Source: Octopus bimaculoides | Taxonomy: Eukaryota | Length of the DNA stretch: 43,694 bases | NCBI RefSeq assembly: GCF_001194135.2 | Contig: NC_068986.1 | Coordinates: 101,185,556-101,229,249 of the forward strand | Reading direction: 5' to 3' | Shown here: positions 35,964-43,694 of the stretch, piece by piece | Layout of the letters: every line of letters begins with the position of its first letter | How positions within the stretch are numbered: the stretch's first letter is position 1 | Program-made: the position numbers and the translations under genes | The notes under the pieces: generated by a model | What the model was told of the DNA's origin: nothing | Databases searched by the model: none | Seen by the model: the letters and a program-made list of their open reading frames with translations, nothing else

Positions 35964-37057
35964 CTAAAAACCAAGGGTAAAATTGCTGGCGTTTCTTTGA
36001 TGTCAGCATGGCTGCAAGAGAATTATTAGATACATATGAATTGAAGCAAACTATATCTATTGCACTTAACAAACTCTCCATTAAATTGATTGCAAAGTAG
36101 TTTAAACTGTGATGAATGTCACATAATATTACTGAAGATGTATCACTCAAAGTGATGATATAAGTTATCGAAATATTCGTTTGAGTATAAAAATCGTAGC
36201 AAAAGCTAGCATGAAAATAATTGAGATTTGTAGATACATACTCATTTTCGTATCGTAAATTTTATAAAATATCACTTATAATGTAACTGAGTAAATAGTT
36301 TTTTGTAAATGATCGCAAACATGAACTTGTTTATACAACTTGACTGATGTTATCTCGCTATCAATTTTATCACAAGTCACCTACCATCGCTTCATTGGAA
36401 AACCACTAGTAACTTGAACTACGCGACTTTTATGGCTGCAAGAAATAATTTTCGAATTTCATGTGCTCAGATGCTATAAACTGATCGTACTATGAATATA
36501 TTCATTGGTATCGGACATACTATTTGTTTGTATCAGCAGGAGAATAAAAATAGACATATTTGTGCAGGAGGTCTATTGCTCTCAGAATAATTTCTAATAA
36601 GTCTAACAAACTTTTACCTCTATATTCCTGTTTTCTTCACATTAAATTGTCGTTTGATACATTCCTGAACGGTGGTCAAACAATGGTTCTCCCTTTCATC
36701 TTCACAACACCTACAATGATAAGCAATGAGAGATGAAAATGTACGTAACTATTTTAGTAGAGATACATATTTAGGCAAGGCATTAATGACTTCTTCAGAT
36801 GAAATAAATTCACCGGTCGTATCTGGGACATTTATCACCCCTTTAGCGGGCGGGGACATTTAATATGCATGCACTAATTACGCAGTGAAAAATAAGATAG
36901 TTGATCGATATTTTCATGGAATGAAAGGTAACATGCTTATCCCAGGCTCAGTGCACGAAAACGTGTTATTTCAGCTCATAAATCAGACTAAACAAATACG
37001 AAAGTAAACGTAGATGCATACAAGCAAACAAGTATATGTATATATATATATATATAT

Positions 37058-37750
37058 NNNNNNNNNNNNNNNNNNNNNNNNNNNNNNNNNNNNNNNNNNN
37101 NNNNNNNNNNNNNNNNNNNNNNNNNNNNNNNNNNNNNNNNNNNNNNNNNNNNNNNNNNNNNNNNNNNNNNNNNNNNNNNNNNNNNNNNNNNNNNNNNNNN
37201 NNNNNNNNNNNNNNNNNNNNNNNNNNNNNNNNNNNNNNNNNNNNNNNNNNNNNNNNNNNNNNNNNNNNNNNNNNNNNNNNNNNNNNNNNNNNNNNNNNNN
37301 NNNNNNNNNNNNNNNNNNNNNNNNNNNNNNNNNNNNNNNNNNNNNNNNNNNNNNNNNNNNNNNNNNNNNNNNNNNNNNNNNNNNNNNNNNNNNNNNNNNN
37401 NNNNNNNNNNNNNNNNNNNNNNNNNNNNNNNNNNNNNNNNNNNNNNNNNNNNNNNNNNNNNNNNNNNNNNNNNNNNNNNNNNNNNNNNNNNNNNNNNNNN
37501 NNNNNNNNNNNNNNNNNNNNNNNNNNNNNNNNNNNNNNNNNNNNNNNNNNNNNNNNNNNNNNNNNNNNNNNNNNNNNNNNNNNNNNNNNNNNNNNNNNNN
37601 NNNNNNNNNNNNNNNNNNNNNNNNNNNNNNNNNNNNNNNNNNNNNNNNNNNNNNNNNNNNNNNNNNNNNNNNNNNNNNNNNNNNNNNNNNNNNNNNNNNN
37701 NNNNNNNNNNNNNNNNNNNNNNNNNNNNNNNNNNNNNNNNNNNNNNNNNN
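37058..37750. other. Assembly gap (N)
   Basis: N run. Confidence 0.99.
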
Positions 37751-38444
37751 ATATATATATATATAGGAAAACAAAACCTACGCGCGCTTCGATTCCAGCC
37801 TATAAATAAATATATAATTTCAAGTATTCGATGAAATCAAATGATGACGAATAATTATCATTTCGAAAAATGGCCACAGTCAAATAAATGTAACAAGTAA
37901 ACACATAAAGGGCGAAAAAGCAAACATAATAACTTTTTCCTAATTCGAGTATATTTTCTAATAGTTTTAGCAACAAGCATACATCTTTAAAATCATTTTG
38001 CGTTGCAGACAAAAAAAAATAGGGACTAAATATCTGTTACTTTAGTTATTTGATACAGACTGTAAAGAAAGGGCCAATGAAAGCAAAGGGTACTTAACTA
38101 TTACTCTATGCACACACAAATGCATCCACGCAAAAACGCGCACACATGGGTATACACATATATGCGGTGTCATCGGACATTTTCAATTTGACGGCCCGAT
38201 TTTTTTATTAATATTTTATAAGTAAACACTTTAAAACTCCGGATACTGGTAGAATGTGTCACATAGAACAGAGTTTATTCTTAACGTTTTTGGCAAAAGA
38301 TTGTATTTTAGAAGTTATTTCTTGTTAAAGTTGTCGTATTTGGGTAATCAATGACGTGGATGCAGTTGAAGACAATTACTGATGCTGTTTGCGAACAATA
38401 ACGGCAGGGTCCATTATACGTATAATGTATATATATGTATACTG

Positions 38445-38567
38445 TTGTGTCTGGAGAGAGTCATTCTCTTTTAGTGCCTCACCGGTAAAATTTTCCCGTC
38501 AAGTGGACATTTTACCGGTGTGTTAAATTATAAGACACTAAAAGAGAATGACTCTCCCCAGACACAA
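38445..38567. mobile_element. 123-bp foldback (MITE-like) element
   Basis: 32-bp outer arms with 1 mismatch (38445-38476 / 38536-38567) and inner arms accggtaaaat / attttaccggt. Confidence 0.85.
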
Positions 38568-38638
38568 AAGAATATGCTTCAACAAACGAACTCACATAAA
38601 GAATCTTGCAAACCAAATCCCAATACGATATATATATA

Positions 38639-38863
38639 NNNNNNNNNNNNNNNNNNNNNNNNNNNNNNNNNNNNNNNNNNNNNNNNNNNNNNNNNNNNNN
38701 NNNNNNNNNNNNNNNNNNNNNNNNNNNNNNNNNNNNNNNNNNNNNNNNNNNNNNNNNNNNNNNNNNNNNNNNNNNNNNNNNNNNNNNNNNNNNNNNNNNN
38801 NNNNNNNNNNNNNNNNNNNNNNNNNNNNNNNNNNNNNNNNNNNNNNNNNNNNNNNNNNNNNNN
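38639..38863. other. Assembly gap (N)
   Basis: N run. Confidence 0.99.
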
Positions 38864-39226
38864 CCAGAATGCTGAACTGGGAGCATAATTTAATAAAGAT
38901 TTTTTCTAACCGGTTTTCATTGCGATGAAGCAAATTATCAAGAAGAAGGAGAATGAAAATGTTTTTTTACAAAGAAGTACAAAATGAAGAAAATAATATA
39001 TAAAACAATAATATATATATATTATTTGGTATATTTATTTTTTTATATATATTATTGTTTTATATATTATTTTCTTTATTTTGTACTTTTTTGTACTTCT
39101 TTGTAAAAAAACATTTTCATTCTCCTTCTTCTTGATAATTTGCTTCATCGCAATGAAAAGCGGTTAGAAAAAATATTTATTAAATTATGTCCCCAGTTCA
39201 GCATTCTGGCTTTTTTACATTTTCCT
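38864..39226. repeat. Long near-perfect inverted repeat (about 150-bp arms) with a hammerhead-like motif in each arm
   Basis: ccagaatgctgaactgg...gtacaaaat is mirrored by attttgtac...ccagttcagcattctgg. The left arm runs into the gap and the right end abuts (TA)n. Confidence 0.9.
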
Positions 39227-39907
39227 ATATATATATATATATATATATATTAGTTCATCTATCTAACTACTTATATATCTGCCTACGTATTTATATATGT
39301 ATGTATCTCTCTATCTATCGTTCTCTCTTCACAGAAAGATTGGTAAGTAGATGGATACATAGATAAACAGACAGATAGATACATCAAAGCTTTAAACTCG
39401 TACATATGCACACACAGGCGCGCACACTCATGTACATAGGTATATGACATATAACTCATATTCCCTTAGTTTATTGTTTCACCAATTCAGGCACCTCATA
39501 AGTATATTAATAACTCATTTGAAAATGTAGGCCTTACAGACATAGAAACACACTTTCGATTTCTATTATGTTCTGTCAATAACAGATAATGTAGTCACAT
39601 CCCATTAGAACGATTATTATACGTTGCTTTTTTCTTTTAAATTATAAATCTGTTCAATTTTTTATTCGTAAATACAGTCTGTCTGAAAATTACAGATAAT
39701 TTACCAGTTCACATTTCATACAAAGACCAAGCAATAATCACACCAAATACAACAATATATTTTTCTCGGGAGGTTTCTTCTTTAGTATTTTAATATAAGA
39801 AACTGACTATTACAGCCAATTTACAGTAAATTCTGACAAATTTATATTTTCATTCAAAAACCTTTTTCTAGCACAATTCAAAGAATAGAAACGAAAATAG
39901 TAATTTC

Positions 39908-40007
39908 NNNNNNNNNNNNNNNNNNNNNNNNNNNNNNNNNNNNNNNNNNNNNNNNNNNNNNNNNNNNNNNNNNNNNNNNNNNNNNNNNNNNNNNNNNNNN
40001 NNNNNNN
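39908..40007. other. Assembly gap (N, 100 bp)
   Basis: N run. Confidence 0.99.
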
Positions 40008-40042
<35 letters not shown>

Positions 40043-40769
40043 TAGATATAGATAGATATGCATGTATACGTCATGATGTATCTGAAATAAATAAGATCTT
40101 CCCACACATAGACACACGTACACGCACACGCGCATGTACACATATATATTCAGCAAGTAAATTTTATTTATTGTAAATAATACATTGCTGCGTACTATAA
40201 TTAAGAAGAAAAATATTAAAGTAAATGAAGAGAGAAATGGAATTCTCCAAATATGTCAATGTTGGACATATTTTCTCTAAATATCTAATTTACAAAAGGT
40301 AAATTAAATATTTTTTCTCCTGGGTAAATTCAAATTACATTAACCTACATGACTGAAAGTACTTTTAGCTTCTATAGTGTATTTATGGCTTCACATGATA
40401 TATGATTTCATTTCAAATTCTTGCATTTATGTCAATAAAAGGTTTTAAAAGCCTGAGCAAAACGTTGAAACGTTTCGCACCAGTTATTCCGACCTTTATC
40501 AAATTATTTCTGCCAATTGTTCTATTAACGAACAATGCTTATTAATAAGTAGGTCGACAGATATCTTCGTTTAAAAATACAAGTTTAAATCATTACTTTC
40601 AACTAGCTTGCTCTCAAGCAATAAAACATACATCGAACACATCACATGCCGCGTGTGGCAGTGTCTGTGTACTGCACTATTCTGTATGATTATAAAGATC
40701 GTACGAAGTGCTTTAAAAAAGTATTCAATATTATTATTTTCCCGACAAATCTAATGCGACGTGAGCAAA

Positions 40770-40960
40770 ATTCTTTCAGTCGGAGGTGACGAGCGCTCAG
40801 CTCACGTCTGTATTTTAGGCCTAACAACCGCTAATTGATGCGGTCGTCCGGCGCGGAAGTTTTCAGGAATGCGCAAAAAGGGTGGTGTAAACACTTACCC
40901 AAAGGATTATGCCCACGTGGCATAAGTACAGGCGGGAAAATAGTTCTTGTGTGCGCCTAA
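40770..40960 (-). promoter_or_regulatory. CpG-rich promoter-like segment with a candidate first exon
   Basis: Local CpG enrichment; ETS-like CGGAAGT (40854-40860); E-box CACGTG (40914-40919); E2F-like GGCGGGAAAA (40931-40940); minus-strand donor GG|gtaagt after 40899. Confidence 0.4.
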
Positions 40961-41226
40961 TATATAAAATTTAAGCGATATAAAAATCAACTAAAGGATA
41001 GGAGACTGCTATTCATTGTTAATAACCTGAGTTCAGAATAACATATATTTATTGTGCAGGTATTTTAGATTTTCAGCTTTTCATGAACTGAAAGTATTTC
41101 TCGTTAAATAATAAAACGAGATCAGTATGTTAACTTGGCAGACTGTTCCATTACCAGTTAATAATTTTCTCAGAAGCTGCAAGGTTGCAAGTTATTTACA
41201 ATTACATAAGTACCGTTACATTAAGC

Positions 41227-41257
<31 letters not shown>

Positions 41258-42121
41258 TGTGTTTCAGCCAAGTGGCTGCGGTCATGCTGGTATAATCTTT
41301 GTCTCTCTGTAATAAGTATTGTGGCATGCATTTGCCGTTAAATTACCAGTTCTATACATGGGCTTTTATTTCGTACATTTGCTTATATTTCGGTGATTTT
41401 ACGCTCCATACAAAAATACAGACACATTATATACATATCACGCGGTAAGACATTATGTGTTATTCTTCCCAGTAATTCATTACTACATTTTCTCATGTGA
41501 CTGCATCGGCTCCGCTTCGGTTTCTTCTTCTACACCCACACCACCAATCCAATGTCTCCGCTTTCTCCAATATTTCAGCTGTTCACTTCTCCGTTGACGT
41601 CTCCCATTGCAGTCCATTTCCAGGATGTACACATTTACATACAATAACTCCATTACCCCTCCATTCATTTGACTGTCAACCATACGATGAGTCGTGTTCG
41701 ACGCAGCGCTAACCACCTCAATGTCAAGTATATCAACTGGCAATTTTCCGGTGGGTTCAAATATTACATACCCACCACTGCCAATTTTCCATGATAGGTG
41801 AGGGCATGGAATCATCCAATCGGACGTATTACATGTCATATAGCCGAATTAGACGATCATTTGCTCCACAAATGTTTTGTCGTTAATGCTGCACTTTCCT
41901 GTATCACCTGTTTCAGCATAACTGAAACGAATAGTTACGCTGAGTAAGTGGTATGATTGGTCACCCGTTAGGTTCCGAGTCCACAGCTGAGGCTGAGGCT
42001 AGGGATCCGTATTAGGCTTCCGTATTAGCAGGTGTATATTAGTGGAAAATAACAACAACATCCGAGGCCGGACAAATATCTCAATTCATTTATAATAATT
42101 TAGGGAAAAGTGAATTTGAAG

Positions 42122-42195
42122 TCTTACAACTGTTTCTGGGATATCTCAAGTGATAGGCTAGAATGTCCGAGCACTAGGTATTCCGTCATCAGAGA
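42122..42195 (-). ncRNA. Type I hammerhead-like motif with intact core
   Basis: UCU-CUGAUGA-C-GGAAUA...UAUCC-CA-GAAAC-AGUU-GUA-AGA: near-palindromic stem III ACAGUUGU; stem I only 3 bp. Confidence 0.6.
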
Positions 42196-42560
42196 GAAGG
42201 TGAGTATGTATGGAAGTTCCAGACAAGGAAATTCGCAGTTTATAAGGAATAAAAAAGAAGAATAAAGAGTAAAAGTATATAAAATACGCACAGTAGGATA
42301 ACGGTCACAGTTCATCTTTTTTCCAGAGAATACGGAGATTGGTCGGCTGAAAACGAAACGCTAAAGAATTCTAAATGTATAAGCTTTGTAGATGCACTGT
42401 ATACGGAAATATATATTAGAATATAACCTATGGATTTAATACTTTATTCAAGTGTAGACAGAATGAAAAGATTGTGACTCACGTTGTACGAAGTAGATTC
42501 TATGTTCTCATATTTAGGCGATACTCGCTCTCTTTCCTTTTGTATGTATTCATATATATA

Positions 42561-43083
42561 NNNNNNNNNNNNNNNNNNNNNNNNNNNNNNNNNNNNNNNN
42601 NNNNNNNNNNNNNNNNNNNNNNNNNNNNNNNNNNNNNNNNNNNNNNNNNNNNNNNNNNNNNNNNNNNNNNNNNNNNNNNNNNNNNNNNNNNNNNNNNNNN
42701 NNNNNNNNNNNNNNNNNNNNNNNNNNNNNNNNNNNNNNNNNNNNNNNNNNNNNNNNNNNNNNNNNNNNNNNNNNNNNNNNNNNNNNNNNNNNNNNNNNNN
42801 NNNNNNNNNNNNNNNNNNNNNNNNNNNNNNNNNNNNNNNNNNNNNNNNNNNNNNNNNNNNNNNNNNNNNNNNNNNNNNNNNNNNNNNNNNNNNNNNNNNN
42901 NNNNNNNNNNNNNNNNNNNNNNNNNNNNNNNNNNNNNNNNNNNNNNNNNNNNNNNNNNNNNNNNNNNNNNNNNNNNNNNNNNNNNNNNNNNNNNNNNNNN
43001 NNNNNNNNNNNNNNNNNNNNNNNNNNNNNNNNNNNNNNNNNNNNNNNNNNNNNNNNNNNNNNNNNNNNNNNNNNNNNNNNNNN
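42561..43083. other. Assembly gap (N)
   Basis: N run. Confidence 0.99.
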
Positions 43084-43309
43084 GGGAGGTTCATGTTTGT
43101 AACCCTGGAAACAGTCATCAAAAAGACGGAAAAATATATTTCTTCTTTGAATTGCAATTTTCAACTAATCATTTCGCAACAGTATATAGAAGTAACTTAA
43201 ATTTCAAAAGAGATGTCCGTTTTGTTTATAAAGTGCACATTTAGAAAACACACCCTACCACACACATACAGTCAAGTAATTAAATGTAACTGTACAGGAA
43301 GATATATGT

Positions 43310-43625
43310 ACATCTCTCTCTCTCTCCCTCCTTGTCTGTGTGTCTTTCTGTAAAACTCTCTAGATATATGTCTGTGTGTATGTGTGTACATATACATATA
43401 TATACACATATATATATACACATATATATATACACATATACAAATATATATGCATAGCTATATAAATATGTATGTGTATGTATATATTGTATATATGTAA
43501 TGTATACATATGTATAAATATACGCATATGTAAATATATATTTCACAGCGTGTGAGGGTGTGTGGGAGAGAGTGAGTGTAAGGTATATATATATATATAT
43601 ATATATACATGCATACACATATATT
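43310..43625. repeat. Mixed (CT)/(TA)/(TATG)/(CA) low-complexity tract
   Basis: Direct reading of the sequence. Confidence 0.9.
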
Positions 43626-43694
43626 TATTGCTGTCTATATATCACTCTACCTGTCAATATATTTGTCTCTCTCCGTCTTAGACTGTCCTCATCT

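Noticed and set aside
38160-38390. Possible Tc1/mariner-type MITE remnant
   Set aside because: No matching second TIR or coding motif could be identified.
41483-41880. 118-aa minus-strand ORF with WRKRRHWIGG, faintly like an RTE LINE C-terminus
   Set aside because: Similarity is limited to a few residues; cannot be called as a gene or a LINE without a search.

Overview
AT-rich, microsatellite-dense eukaryotic DNA with nine N-gaps (about 3 kb in total). The SINE families and the repeat landscape point to a cephalopod (Octopus-like) genome; this is inferred from recall, not from a search. Almost all recognisable sequence is decayed mobile DNA: about a dozen tRNA-derived SINE copies (five in a head-to-tail array), an internally deleted Tx1/L1-like LINE, two CR1/L2 fragments, a 5'-truncated R4/Dong-like LINE, two Tc1 elements, a FLYWCH-MULE transposase pseudogene and two foldback elements. 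No intact multi-exon gene can be assembled by eye. A CpG-rich promoter-like segment (about 40.8-40.95 kb) and a few minus-strand exon-like segments hint at a host gene. The most notable signal is a set of unrelated short elements, mostly beside microsatellites, that carry hammerhead ribozyme (HHR) motifs. One is a complete canonical type I hammerhead (22866-22965, minus). The others are minimal or degenerate motifs with palindromic stem III, including U3-A8 core variants. This resembles Penelope-derived or retrozyme-like elements, which are known in other metazoans; whether they are described for this genome cannot be judged here.
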